Source of the DNA: a plasmid | Sequence record: NZ_LC532224.1 | Direction: 5' to 3' (one strand) | Length of the DNA: 64,000 nucleotides | Shown here: positions 10,101 to 20,400 of the stretch, piece after piece | Layout: each line of letters begins with the position of its first letter | Position numbering within the stretch: the first letter of the stretch is position 1 | Notes under the pieces: generated by a model | What the model was told of the DNA's origin: nothing | What the model saw: the letters and a program-made list of their open reading frames with translations, nothing else | Databases searched by the model: none | Made by a program: the position numbers and the translations under genes

Positions 10101-11150
10101 GGTTCGCTTCAGAGAAGCCTCAAACAACTGCATATCGGAAGCCAGACCGAGTGGGGTCTTATATTTGCTTGCGCCATTTCTGAGCTCATTCATAATGAAC
10201 AGGTTCAGGGTGGCGTCATACGAACCAATAGCCTTACCGTACATACCATTTGCTGACGCCATAACATCAGTAAAGCTTGCGCCGGTAGGTGCACCATTTG
10301 CTTCGTCTGGAGTAAGGATGCCGTTTGTCTGTCCTATAAGGGAAATAGTCTGGCGAGCTTCAGCTGTACTGGTAACCTGTTTCACAGTTGACCAGACCTC
10401 ATCACACGTACCAGATTTTGAACCGTTAGCGCCAACAATACTGGCAGAGGCATTCTTCAGTGCGCCTTTCATCGCCTGATTAATCCGGTCCATGCTATCT
10501 GCCAGATTAGCTGAGAAAATATCGTTAAAAATAGTTTCTTTACCGGCAATATTTGCGCTTGAGTTTTGGGTAGCCTTCAGGCAGTTGTATGCAAGAGACT
10601 GAACGGTAGCACATACGTTCATTGGCCCTAGCCCGCTGGCCGGTTCAGGAAATGCGGAACAGTAGCCCTGGCTATCGCCGCCCCATTGCAAAAACTTCAC
10701 GAATCGGATCATCGGACCGAGGGTGATGTCATCGTCCAGAGTTGTTGCAGACAGGTCCACCGGAGAAAGCGGATCAAACGCTGTTTTATAATCCTTCAGC
10801 AAACCCTGGCTTAAGTTAGTGGTGACGGTTGCCATCGCAGCAATAAAAATTGGAATTCCGTCGACGTTTCTGACCTCTCCCGACTTTACAGATTCAATAG
10901 TTACATCCACTCGAACCATTGCCATCATGAAAAGGATCAACCCCAAAAACCAGGAGAAAAACGGTAATTCATTTTTGGTCGGAGCCTGAAGCCATAGCCA
11001 CGTTTTATAGAATAGGCTCACACCTGCTACAACGGCGGCCGTGGTCAGGAACTCTTTTACACCAGTATATTGAGAAAAGATCAGGGCAATACCGGTAAAA
11101 GCCGACCAGACAAAATCAATATCACCCAGGGTATATATGTTGTAATCCAT
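7200..11150 (-). CDS. traG: Conjugal transfer mating-pair stabilisation protein TraG/TrhG (F-type/H-type T4SS), 1316 aa
   Basis: N-terminal polytopic membrane domain followed by a large Ser/Gly/Asn-rich periplasmic domain; size matches TrhG of IncHI plasmids; synteny traF-traH-traG. Confidence 0.85.
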   Translation of the reverse strand: MDYNIYTLGDIDFVWSAFTGIALIFSQYTGVKEFLTTAAVVAGVSLFYKTWLWLQAPTKNELPFFSWFLGLILFMMAMVRVDVTIESVKSGEVRNVDGIPIFIAAMATVTTNLSQGLLKDYKTAFDPLSPVDLSATTLDDDITLGPMIRFVKFLQWGGDSQGYCSAFPEPASGLGPMNVCATVQSLAYNCLKATQNSSANIAGKETIFNDIFSANLADSMDRINQAMKGALKNASASIVGANGSKSGTCDEVWSTVKQVTSTAEARQTISLIGQTNGILTPDEANGAPTGASFTDVMASANGMYGKAIGSYDATLNLFIMNELRNGASKYKTPLGLASDMQLFEASLKRTNTMASQGQLWLQLSGAAIAFLEMFAYMVAPFALLMLLALGGNGVAAAAKYLQLILFVNMWPLTAVMVNAYVKKVATADLDTWSTLNSQNNAVTWMGLPGLAETYSSYLSVASALYALIPVLTLFLMTQSIHPMMNAVKGVTPDAPVDTGHVTPKVWDGPNSGKSSFGDVTRTALTSTGQGYSDGGAVDSSNFRLGMWNAGSSIANSQGQGSAVTSSVMSAASNSFQAGYSQMSEIGRSGQSSQQFSTNLQTMKQISDKIGASVAEGIATKHGVSASQMASIASNVILNAGLNGGVGTGNGAGLKAAVAGQLSSGASKTNTGSDSLSNDLSKAITNQLSQDSALTDQFSKAASQVSSDQISNTNAFKEASSKMNQATQTMAQNISTSVSTNASSNSGMSLDSKQSINLDRFSDSIRNKNFSDDDVRNFARKNGLDENAFMEKFNSYNDTFKASNQLGSQLQRTDALVAATRDFSEQKIAIDTARGETAESNKQDLRETSSLLKSLVSDFGGNAQQLLPITNQLDRISGDGSGINTITQAQDRTPDSVNTSGVMSASRVGELGGSVDSQAKLGLSSNAQDATQHVPGKSEAGFTPYNLDNAGKGDIQGIHNNNVGRTYSDEERNVLNSLEKNGPVLNNQGVEKVVNSGQDVRNAEGTFNDLEKVGGRVVGDGMDQRATALNSMYQSGQVRGLSNNTDNYFSRVANNPNLSRDDKRAELAQQAVFTYGASTMATGAEREQLKADTQKILNELGNYNVNWSMNDVKSIHSSFNTHNRADGSLESVVRANLGEGGSGGGLVGNRTQTVTDRLVGEKIEANTERGAISGALLGGQQFVSDTLTSVGAKPVNEMLTGAGILQTQTSIANDASNPANMPDSLQGKVLNHMQMSDGVAAVSDRYQSISSDGVSTYANAAQNSERAIRQQLTDDPRFGPQKADEFIQYMKSELSNTNEPYQSRVDKADQWLNENKK

Positions 11151-11158
11151 GTCAGACC

Positions 11159-12574
11159 TCAGTTACGTGTGCCACGAATACTTTCAGTGAAAGCCTTCCG
11201 TTGCAGGCGACGGTTATCCCAGGTTGAAATGACGTCCGAGCTGGTACCGACCTGGCTGTGCGATAGCTCATAGGCGGCTTTAACCTGTTTTGAGAGATTG
11301 TCTGTTAATCGGTTGAGATCATCCCTTTTACCCGACAGCGACTCACTCGGTATGCTCATGGTTGAAATTTTGGCCTCAACCTGGCGCAACATGTTGATTA
11401 CGAGGCTCGTCGCAGCAATAGTGCTGATGTCCTGAATGTATGCGTACCCTTCCGGTGCTTCGAATGTTTGCAAAGAGTCGATAATGGTCGGGATGCCGAT
11501 ATAGGAGATAATGCGTAATTCATCATCTGAAACACGAACGTCGTTGATGATTTTTTTCTGTACGTTTAAAAGAAGATCAGAAATGGTATCCTTCAATCCC
11601 TTAAAACCACCGTCATTAACTTCTGACATGACAAGGCACTGAGCCTTTCGTGGGGATGATGGATCTGGTGCCGGAGAACACTTGAGCATTTTAATTGATC
11701 CGCCAGCTGGTGGCCCCATGATGTAATCCGTGACAGTCATGGTAGACGGGCGGACTTCCATTCCCGCTTTTTCGCCTTTGCTATCCCAGTTGATAATGAC
11801 AGTACCTACGAGAGACATAAGTTGTTCTGCCAGTTTATAACCGGATAACTCCGTTACCCCTCCGATGTTCATCGTTCCCTTATCAATATCCATGAACGAC
11901 ATATAGAAGAGGTTACCACTGAATTTTTCAGCGAACTCTTCGGGATCCTTTGCTTTAACCTGAGAAGTGACAGCTTCAGGTGACTTTGTCATCGATGAGC
12001 CAAAATCAGGAATAAGACCATTAATCGATCCCAGAATTGAGGCTGGTCCAGAGCTAACTGAGTTAGCGAACTGGCTTGGCGTACCCACGTTTTCAGAAAG
12101 GAAAGAGTAAGTTGCATTGCATGAATCTTTCGCAAATTTATTTAGCGCTTGCAGTTTGTTTTGGATGTCATTAATCGTTGCAGCACAGTCAGCACAAATA
12201 GCTGAAACAGCAACGTTAAAAGCATAGATAGCCGCACCCTGGGCAATACCACGGGCCACCTGCACAAGCTGGTCCCCGTTGATCATGCTGAAGGACCCAA
12301 GAAAAACGTCAATACCGTTACAACCGACAGAAGCTTTTGGAAACGACATGGAAACAAGGTTGGTATTAACGTTTGTTGTTCGGTAAGACATTGACCCGCC
12401 AACTATGCCTGTACGGGTTGCTGTGGAAAAGGTGGCCGGGCTGGTAGACGTCATCATGCCATTGAAAATGTTACGCATTGCGTTGTCTGCATTTGCAGTC
12501 GGGGCTAAAATTGCAGCACAAACAGAAAGAGACAAAAGTAACTTTTTGAAGTTGAAAACGGCATTACTGCGCAT
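11159..12574 (-). CDS. traH: Conjugal pilus assembly protein TraH/TrhH; start moved to Met 22 with RBS GGAGG
   Basis: Signal peptide plus conserved TraH N-terminal region; RBS ggaggcactt before ATG at 12574. Confidence 0.85.
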   Translation of the reverse strand: MRSNAVFNFKKLLLSLSVCAAILAPTANADNAMRNIFNGMMTSTSPATFSTATRTGIVGGSMSYRTTNVNTNLVSMSFPKASVGCNGIDVFLGSFSMINGDQLVQVARGIAQGAAIYAFNVAVSAICADCAATINDIQNKLQALNKFAKDSCNATYSFLSENVGTPSQFANSVSSGPASILGSINGLIPDFGSSMTKSPEAVTSQVKAKDPEEFAEKFSGNLFYMSFMDIDKGTMNIGGVTELSGYKLAEQLMSLVGTVIINWDSKGEKAGMEVRPSTMTVTDYIMGPPAGGSIKMLKCSPAPDPSSPRKAQCLVMSEVNDGGFKGLKDTISDLLLNVQKKIINDVRVSDDELRIISYIGIPTIIDSLQTFEAPEGYAYIQDISTIAATSLVINMLRQVEAKISTMSIPSESLSGKRDDLNRLTDNLSKQVKAAYELSHSQVGTSSDVISTWDNRRLQRKAFTESIRGTRN

Positions 12575-13610
12575 AAGTGCCTCCAAAACTGCCGCCAGCA
12601 TTGAGATAATTGACCGGATCGGCCGTAGGCATGTCATAGCCTTCGAGTTTTTGGTCCATTATTTTTTGAAGTAGGAATGGGTCTGATTCCATTTCGGATT
12701 TATTAACGGTAATAACGCCATCATCGCCGATGGTATATTGCCTTTTAATATCTAGAGTTGACTGGAACGAAGCGTCATCGATCAGATTCATGCCCTTCGC
12801 GGCAAGTATAATAGTGTTCTTTAATTCATCAGCGGAGATCATGCCTTCACTAATGCGCTGAGCTGATGTCCCATCCTTTGAAACCAGGAAAATTGTAGGT
12901 ACCTCTCGAATTTTAAATTGATCAATAATTTGTGCGTTGGGGATGTTAAAATCCTGAAAAAGGCCATTATGCAATGGCCTTCCATCCATACTGATTGGAA
13001 GAATATCTACCGAATAATAGTTCTGCATAAATTGAAGTATTTGGCTTTCTTCGTGGCAAAACTGGCAAGTACTCTGGAAAAAGAAAAATAAACCTGACTT
13101 AGTAAAGATATCTTTCATTACCGTTTGCTGATTTTTTTCAACAACAGTGCGGTGAGCATCCAGTGCCACCTTTTCCACTGGTTGCCTGCGTTTTTCAGAC
13201 ATCATCGGGTTTTTAAGAAAATAATCTTTTGATTTGTCAGAAAAACGCGTACTGATATCCAGCATTAACCTTTGCGCCGTGTAATAACGTGATAGATTTT
13301 CTGCGGTAGGGTTATCCATTGCCTGCGTTAACAGTCGAGGCATATTCTCTTTTAGCCATTTTGAATTTAAATCTACCATTTCCTCTTTTGAAGGCGAGCT
13401 AGCAGCACCGGTTGGTGGCAAAACCTCTTCTTCTTCAGCTTCGCTTTTTTTAGCAGGATCGTCATACCAGAAGAAACCCTTCTTATAAGCCTGGCCAGAT
13501 ACAAAGGGCGTATCTTTTATTAGGGGTTGCTCAGGGCTGGCGTGGGCACCAGTAATTACCAAAGACATAAGCAAAACCATCTTTGAAGGCGCTAATGCAA
13601 TACGAGTCAT
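12564..13610 (-). CDS. traF: Thioredoxin-fold pilus assembly protein TraF/TrhF (TrbB-like, CxxC: CQFC)
   Basis: Signal peptide; thioredoxin-like C-terminal half with CQFC; first gene of the traF-traH-traG operon. Confidence 0.8.
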   Translation of the reverse strand: MTRIALAPSKMVLLMSLVITGAHASPEQPLIKDTPFVSGQAYKKGFFWYDDPAKKSEAEEEEVLPPTGAASSPSKEEMVDLNSKWLKENMPRLLTQAMDNPTAENLSRYYTAQRLMLDISTRFSDKSKDYFLKNPMMSEKRRQPVEKVALDAHRTVVEKNQQTVMKDIFTKSGLFFFFQSTCQFCHEESQILQFMQNYYSVDILPISMDGRPLHNGLFQDFNIPNAQIIDQFKIREVPTIFLVSKDGTSAQRISEGMISADELKNTIILAAKGMNLIDDASFQSTLDIKRQYTIGDDGVITVNKSEMESDPFLLQKIMDQKLEGYDMPTADPVNYLNAGGSFGGTYAQ

Positions 13611-14201
13611 AGACCGTTCTCCTTTTCTGATGCGGTTATGATGGCATACAAAAAAAAGGTTAGAGCTCGTATAGCATGGTCGTTTTTATGTTGAAAAGGA
13701 CGGAAAAGGAGTGCTGACTAAGAAGATAGTCTCGGTGATGGAAAGATCATCCATCTTGCACGTTGTCAAAAATCCGGTGTAACAAAAACATGGTTTTATC
13801 GAATATCTAAAAGCAAATATTGCTTTGAAAACAGGTGTATTTAGAGCTGAAAAAAATCATCACAAGTAATGCTGTTTCTATATTTCAAAAAAGGAATAGC
13901 TAAGGATCAAAGAAGCGAACTTAGACAAGAATATAAAATATATTAATTGAAAGCGATTAAGAAGTCGTCATGCATAGAAGGTTTTGAGAACCTAAGTAGT
14001 TTTACGTTTTCAACAGAAAAAAAGGTGCACATTTTTGGAACGAAGAAAAACTGAATAAAGAAAAATCAAATTATATCTTTACTTGTCAAGAGTTGATATT
14101 TAAGTTGTAACTAATATTTGATTGTAAAGCAAACAACAGAATTTGACTTAAGTCAATATTTAGATTCAGACAAGGCAAGTTTCGCGATATCTTTTTTAAA
14201 T
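13611..14201. promoter_or_regulatory. 590-bp AT-rich intergenic region upstream of the traF-traH-traG operon and downstream of the 14202-gene
   Basis: Markedly AT-rich with many A/T tracts (read directly); likely curved/H-NS-targeted promoter region, as known for thermoregulated IncHI transfer operons. Confidence 0.4.
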
Positions 14202-14714
14202 TTAATCTAATTCTTCTTGAGAATACCTCTCTATGGCTGAAGCAGTTGAAGATAATCTGCAACGTGGACAGTGAGCATCATTTGTCACTGGCACAATGTA
14301 TGGGCGTTTACATTTTTCGCAGGCACCTAGTTCTTCAATTTCTTTCATAGAAGTAAGGATTTCTATTATTTTATTAACTTCCGGTGCGCATACAAAGTAT
14401 CCCAGATTATGAAGGACACTCATTATTCGGTTGAAGTCAATTTGCCGAAAACTCGCTTCCGGATTTATTGGATCAAAACCAAAATAGTTAACTGCGACAT
14501 CAATAACAGCAGAAAAGGCTCGGCGGTTATCTGTGCGTTTGCTCCAGCCCCGGATACCTTTTTTGAGTTTTGTTTTTGCACCAGGCTCAAAATCGATATT
14601 TTCAGCAACATGATTACCGTACAAAATTCGTATTGTATTTTTATTTGCCCCAAGCGACATAGTTCTTGCTGCTCGCAATAGAGCATTAGCTTTTGTTTGA
14701 TCGACCTTTGCCAT
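14202..14714 (-). CDS. Hypothetical protein with C-terminal zinc ribbon (CEKC...CPRC)
   Basis: CxxC-x16-CxxC motif; occupies the trhR/trhY-like position between the pilus operon and the putative oriT. Confidence 0.4.
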   Translation of the reverse strand: MAKVDQTKANALLRAARTMSLGANKNTIRILYGNHVAENIDFEPGAKTKLKKGIRGWSKRTDNRRAFSAVIDVAVNYFGFDPINPEASFRQIDFNRIMSVLHNLGYFVCAPEVNKIIEILTSMKEIEELGACEKCKRPYIVPVTNDAHCPRCRLSSTASAIERYSQEELD

Positions 14715-14715
14715 A

Positions 14716-15516
14716 TCAATAATCCTTTAACATAACTTTATTTGTTAAAGTGTTGAACACATCCTGACGGTGACTGGTGAACATAGTGTCATAACGTAAT
14801 AGTTCCATCAAATCATCACTAACTTTTCCTAACCGGATGTCAGCAGACAATTCATAAGCCCAGGCAAAAACTTTCGTTTTAAGTGAAACACTCTCTTCAA
14901 TATGCCCTTGTGAGAAAGCAATTGTACGTGGGAAAAGAACGACATCGTTAATTGTTTTTAACGATGAATAACCAATGTCTTTAATAGCATCAGCTGTAGT
15001 TGGTTTTAAACCAAAGAAAATACTTACAAACTCTGGTGCGAGCATTGAGATAAAGAACACCTGCATAAAGTAGTCATTCTGTATATCAACACATTTAGAA
15101 CGCAACTCATGAATCTTCTTGGGATTATAGATATCCACTGTACCATTCAGAAAAGTCACTTTTTCACCGGCATCGTAAATACCATAGTCAATATCATTTG
15201 TATCATATTCACGAATTACATTGGAATCACCGTCCAAGACCGCAGAAAAAAACCTCTCCCATGTAATTTCCTTTCCGAGTGTACGCGGAACCAAAAAACT
15301 ACCTGGACGTGTTTCCACTTCAAAAGCTAAATCAGCGGCTGTACTAAATCCTTTCCCAAATAGGCGACGCTGGAGAAGAGGAGTCCCAGTTTGATATGCA
15401 GAAGATCCATGCACAGGCAATAACATTAAAAATGCACGGTAACTACGAATAAGCGAAATCTCAGTGCGGAAAAGTTTACCGAGTAAGCTACGAGTTAAAT
15501 TATCAGATTCTGACAT
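14716..15516 (-). CDS. Hypothetical protein, 266 aa, operonic with the zinc-ribbon protein
   Basis: 2-bp gap to downstream gene; palindromic motif 75 bp upstream of its start. Confidence 0.4.
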   Translation of the reverse strand: MSESDNLTRSLLGKLFRTEISLIRSYRAFLMLLPVHGSSAYQTGTPLLQRRLFGKGFSTAADLAFEVETRPGSFLVPRTLGKEITWERFFSAVLDGDSNVIREYDTNDIDYGIYDAGEKVTFLNGTVDIYNPKKIHELRSKCVDIQNDYFMQVFFISMLAPEFVSIFFGLKPTTADAIKDIGYSSLKTINDVVLFPRTIAFSQGHIEESVSLKTKVFAWAYELSADIRLGKVSDDLMELLRYDTMFTSHRQDVFNTLTNKVMLKDY

Positions 15517-15588
15517 GTGCTGATTGTCCTTGCGCCATTACAATTGTTCAAATCTTCAACATGGATTTTTTGTTAGGTGTTCGGTAGG

Positions 15589-15606
15589 GTGAAAAGTAAC
15601 TTTTAG
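15589..15606. promoter_or_regulatory. Palindromic motif copy gtgAAAAGTAACTTTTag (75 bp upstream of 14716-15516)
   Basis: Motif family member. Confidence 0.5.
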
Positions 15607-15849
15607 TATTTTCTTAAGGCTTGAATAAGCCTTAAATCTATCCCTTCAACCACACCGCTTACTTGTAACACTTTTTAACCAAACTAACCAGAATTTTATC
15701 AAAAATTCCTGCGCATGCTAACGAAATGTGAAGCGATTAAAAAAAAACCTAAATCCAGCCCCTCCCAACGTTGGATTAGAATAACGACGTCTTTCACTGA
15801 CCGTCATAAACTGACATTTTTACTTTTCATCAACCTCATGCTTACATAG

Positions 15850-16010
15850 GATCACTAAACAAAGAAAAGTGACCCTATGAATGCCTCACATAGGGTCACT
15901 TATGTTTGAAAAGTGACCCTATGTAATGTCGTCATAGGGTCACTTTTTATAAAAGTGTCACTATGGACAAAGTTCCATAGGGTCATTTTTTTTGGAAAAG
16001 TGGCACTAGA
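15850..16010. repeat. Three tandem units (spacing 42-44 bp), each an inverted repeat AGTGACCCTATG-N9-CATAGGGTCACT (third unit degenerate); candidate oriT/relaxosome or regulator-binding iterons
   Basis: IR1 15868-15900, IR2 15912-15944, IR3 15954-15985, plus a fourth half-site near 15997; lies between divergent operons immediately upstream of the relaxase operon. Confidence 0.55.
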
Positions 16011-16074
16011 TATATGTATAACTTTAATAGAGCAATGCACATTATCAAAAGCAATAATCCACAATGGTCATTCT

Positions 16075-16093
16075 GTCAAAAGTAACTTTAGGG
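16075..16093. promoter_or_regulatory. Palindromic motif copy gtcAAAAGTAACTTTAggg (upstream of the relaxase operon)
   Basis: Motif family member. Confidence 0.5.
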
Positions 16094-16275
16094 GGTAGCG
16101 ATGGAAGTGAGGCTAAACTCGCTGTTACTGTTTCTGAAGGCCCCTCCCGAATGGGGGAAACAGCGAGTGCATTACATCTGTTCAATTCCCTCATCAAAGA
16201 GCATTCAAAAATCTTCTGTTCGTGAAAAAAAACGGAAATTTCCTCCGGTATAGTAATTTCACATCAGGAGGCGTC

Positions 16276-16761
16276 ATGAGTAATTCAAATCTTATAAGTT
16301 CTATAGAGCTAACACGTAAAAATTTACGTGCTCAGATTGAAGGTTTGCGTGTTGAGGCTGAAGATCTCATTACAAAATACTGGATCAAGTGGAAGGAACG
16401 AAACCACCAAGAGATTAACCTTACCCGACATAGCAAAGTTCCAAAGAGGGAGTACCTGGGTTCTTACGCACCAAAAGTTGAGCTAATTGGTAATGCCAGA
16501 AAAGTAACGATCACTTGGCATCAGTTCAGCCCTTATAAAACAAGAGCGCCTAGCCACATGTCAAAACGGGTGCAACCAATGAAAAGTGGAAAATATTCTA
16601 AGAACTGTTTTGTAAACCATGCCAGCTGGGAATACGAAATGATTTCTGAAACGGAAGCATTGCTGGAGCCTTACAGAGAAATGCTTGAGCTCTATCATTC
16701 AGCATATATCGAACTTGGACGAAAAATCCGTCAATACTCAAAAACTAAGGTGGCACAATGA
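16276..16761 (+). CDS. Hypothetical protein upstream of relaxase (candidate relaxosome accessory); start set to ATG after RBS AGGAGG
   Basis: Strong RBS caggaggcgtcATG; first gene of the traI operon. Confidence 0.4.
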   Translation: MSNSNLISSIELTRKNLRAQIEGLRVEAEDLITKYWIKWKERNHQEINLTRHSKVPKREYLGSYAPKVELIGNARKVTITWHQFSPYKTRAPSHMSKRVQPMKSGKYSKNCFVNHASWEYEMISETEALLEPYREMLELYHSAYIELGRKIRQYSKTKVAQ

Positions 16762-17495
16762 ACGACGCAATTATCACGGACAATGAGCGTATTAACATTG
16801 AACCAAAAGATGTAATGGTAAAAGGTTCAAATAAAAAGCAAGGCGTAAACGCTCAAACTTCTACTCAACGTAGACCAGAGCACCAGGGTATGGCCAAAGT
16901 TATTATTAACCCCGGCACCCCAGACTTTAACCGGTTTTTAACTGCCAGAAATGGAGCAGTCATCAGAGGTTTTGATGATGTGAGTATCGCTATTTCCTCT
17001 CTCTTTAAAACGGTTGATGCAGTTAAACATCCTGACCTTGTTCAGGCTATTCAGGATTGGTTCAACGAGCTGCATGAAGAAAACAATAAGATGAAAGAAA
17101 ATCTTGTTGCTTATATTAAGTCAATTGAGTTCGACAAGAATGACTCATTCATGTCATCAACTCAGTTTGTACCTTTCAGTTTTGAACCAGTACAACTCAA
17201 CTTCAATAACCACAACACCATGAGGTTTTACAAGTACATCTTCGAGATGAACCAGCTCATGAACACAATGTATGAGTACAACTCATTGGGTTTACTGGCT
17301 GTAAGCGACTATCCGGTTATGTCTCACAACATTATAAAGAGTATTAATTTATATGTTGAGAATGTGAAAAAGACTCTGAATGTTTCTCGCCGTAAGGATG
17401 GGCCATACAGTCCAGCAGAGTTCATCACCAAAGTAATGCAATATAAAAGTGTGCAGGCATACATTGCAGCCGAACTGTCAGGCAAACGTCGATAA
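16758..17495 (+). CDS. Hypothetical protein, 245 aa, translationally coupled (ATGA overlap) to upstream ORF
   Basis: Overlapping stop/start; position suggests a relaxosome component. Confidence 0.4.
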   Translation: MNDAIITDNERINIEPKDVMVKGSNKKQGVNAQTSTQRRPEHQGMAKVIINPGTPDFNRFLTARNGAVIRGFDDVSIAISSLFKTVDAVKHPDLVQAIQDWFNELHEENNKMKENLVAYIKSIEFDKNDSFMSSTQFVPFSFEPVQLNFNNHNTMRFYKYIFEMNQLMNTMYEYNSLGLLAVSDYPVMSHNIIKSINLYVENVKKTLNVSRRKDGPYSPAEFITKVMQYKSVQAYIAAELSGKRR

Positions 17496-17498
17496 GGT

Positions 17499-20400
17499 AT
17501 GATGATGAATTTCAGGGCGCTGTATTTATGTATTAAACGGATTTTGGGGATATTCTCATCTCAGGAGAATGATGCAACCTCTGTAATGATTGAGGATATA
17601 TCAAGCCTCTCTCCTTTTGCGCAGATTCTAGGAGATCAGAAGTACACTGTTCCTGATCATCCAAATCCAGAAGTCCTGAAATTCATCGAGTATCCAACTC
17701 GTCCGACGGGCATACAGACATTTAATGAACAGTCAATCCTGTCTCTGTATCGGGAAAAGCTGCACTCAATTTCAATGATGTTAGCTATCAGCGATAGCGA
17801 CATCAGGGACGATGCATATACATTTACTAATTTAGTTTTAAAGCCCTTGGTTGAATATGTTCGCTGGATACATCTTTTGCCAGCTTCCGAAAATCATCAT
17901 CATAATGGTATTGGTGGGTTACTTTCTCACAGCCTGGAAGTGGCCATACTCTCTTTAAAAAATGCGCATCACTCAGAACTGAGACCAATCGGATATCAAG
18001 ATGAAGAAGTAGTCCGTAGAAAAGTATATCTCTATGCTGCGTTTATCTGTGGTTTAGTCCATGATGCCGGAAAGGTTTACGATCTCGACATTGTAAGCCT
18101 GAATTTAGCTAGTCCGATCATTTGGACGCCAAGCTCACAAAGTCTTCTTGACTGGGCACGTGAAAATGACGTGGTTGAATACGAAATCCACTGGCGAAAG
18201 CGTATTCATAATCAACATAATATCTGGTCCAGCGTTTTCCTTGAGCGAATCCTAAACCCGGTATGTCTTGCATTTTTGGATCGGGTAAATAAAGAACGTG
18301 TTTATTCAAAAATGATCACCGCCCTAAACGTTTATACTGATGGGAATGACTTTTTGTCTAAATGCGTGAGGACCGCTGATTTCTATTCTACTGGTACAGA
18401 CCTTAATGTTTTACGTGACCCTATCATGGGTCTGCGTTCTAATGATGCAGCAGCAAGGGCCATTAGTACCATCAAGCACAACTTTACCAGTATCAATATC
18501 AACAATTACAATGCTAAGCCTATGCACATCATTATCGTAAATGGTGAGGTATACCTTAACGAGAACGCATTCCTTGATTTTGTTCTCAATGATTTCGAAT
18601 TACATAAATATAACTTCCCTCAGGGAGAGGCTGGTAAGACCGTATTGGTAGAATCCCTAGTTCAACGTGGTTACGTCGAGCCCTATGATGATGAGCGTGT
18701 CGTTCACTACTTCATTCCGGGTATCTATTCGGAAAACGAAATATCAAACATCTTTAGAAATGGGATAGGGAAACTAGAATTCTATAACCTTCTTAAGCTA
18801 AGGTGGATTGGTTTAATCTTTGATTCCTATAAAATCCCTGACTCAGTGCCGGGTCTTTTTAGCGTTAATGCCAATAAAGACTTTATTTACATTGACGAGC
18901 AAAAAACAGTTACTGAATACAGAAGACCAGTGCCCGGTCGGGACGTTATAACTAAAATTACTGATACTGTTGAGACGGCTGTTCTTAAGGTTAATGATTT
19001 AGGCCGCTCCTCTGCCTCTATTGATGTTGATATACATTCTAAGAAAAATGAAGGCTCATCCGACGATTTTGAGAAGAAAGCCGAAAGTGATAATGAAATT
19101 GATAATGACACGCAGATAGTTAAATCTGAGGGTGAGGAAGCAGCTGATCCTGTCATTCCTGATATAGAAGAAAGTGAAGATGAATCGGCAAAGGACACGG
19201 AATCCCATGTCCTGGTCAACCAACTTCATGAACTCCTTTTAAGCGCTCCACTTTCCAATGACTATATAGTGTGTGTTGATGCTGTCCCCTACCTCAACAT
19301 AGATACCACTATGGCATTGCTGCCGGGATTAGATGAAAAAGCATTCAGTGAAGAGCCCTATTTCCAACTGACATTCAGAGAAGGCTCTCTCGATGGAATG
19401 TGGATAGTAAGGGACATTGACGATCTGCGTTTAGTCCAGCTCGGCGATAACTGCGCCGGGTTCCAGCTCACCTATCATGAGCCAAGAAGGCCAACAACTT
19501 TAAAGTCACTTTTCAATACTTCTATGTATCAGGCATTAGTGATTAATGATGAGTCTTCTGTTGAAAACTCTGCCCCACGTCCAAAGCAAACGCTTGAGCT
19601 GCCTCCCCCACGTGTAAATGCAGTCGAAGAACATTCTGGCGACGTGGAATATCATGGAACCGATAGTGCATCCGCGACTGGTCCGCTGAAAACTGAGGCT
19701 GTGGAATATGAACATTATCAACATCTTTTTGAGAAAGAAGATGAAGAGCATGAGATCATTGATTATACCGATTTCTCACAGCTTAGTGTTTCTCGGCCAG
19801 AAGTCGGTAGTTGTGCAACAAGCTCTTCGGTCCATAATGAAAAGCTTCTCTCCGAGCCGTCAGAATTACCAGAACTTAACCGAGAACAGAACGCTGATCC
19901 CCAGGGTACGAATGAACGCTCTATGGATGTTTCTGTAGGACAAGAAAACTCAGAACCAGATACTGAGGGTAACTGCCCACCACCAGCTGAAGTTGTGTAT
20001 TCCCAGACCGAAGCAGCCGCAACCAGTGTGATGGCAAGTGAAGAGCCCGCCTTACCTCCTGTACTTGAAGAATCAAATGGAGAGCATGCGCCCACAGACG
20101 CTAAGGGGCATCATCTTTCGCCAGCACTGGCCAGACTGTTCGCCCCAACAGCACCGGTAGAAAAACAAAATCCCAAGCGCAACCGGAATAAATCATCGGA
20201 CAAAGCAGAAGTACAAAAACCAGCATCACCTGTTTCTGGTCACAATCTGAACAGTAAAGTCTTTGCATCTACTGAATCAGACCAAAATGGTGAATTCTCG
20301 CTTATAAGCGAAGGTGACGTTACAGAGCTTGAATTTGTAGAAATTGCGTTAGTACTGCATCAAATTCTGTCCAAAATGGAGGTGGCGTTTAAAAGAAAGC

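Noticed and set aside
7341-10479. Multiple 60-130-aa ORFs antisense within traG
   Set aside because: They lie entirely inside a long, well-supported CDS on the other strand and lack RBS; they are typical antisense artefacts.
15850-16010. Possible CRISPR array
   Set aside because: The units are self-palindromic (operator-like) with variable arms and there are no unique spacers of uniform length; this is not CRISPR architecture.
18118-20095. Antisense ORFs inside the relaxase gene
   Set aside because: They are embedded in the traI CDS; low-complexity acidic coding DNA gives long spurious frames.
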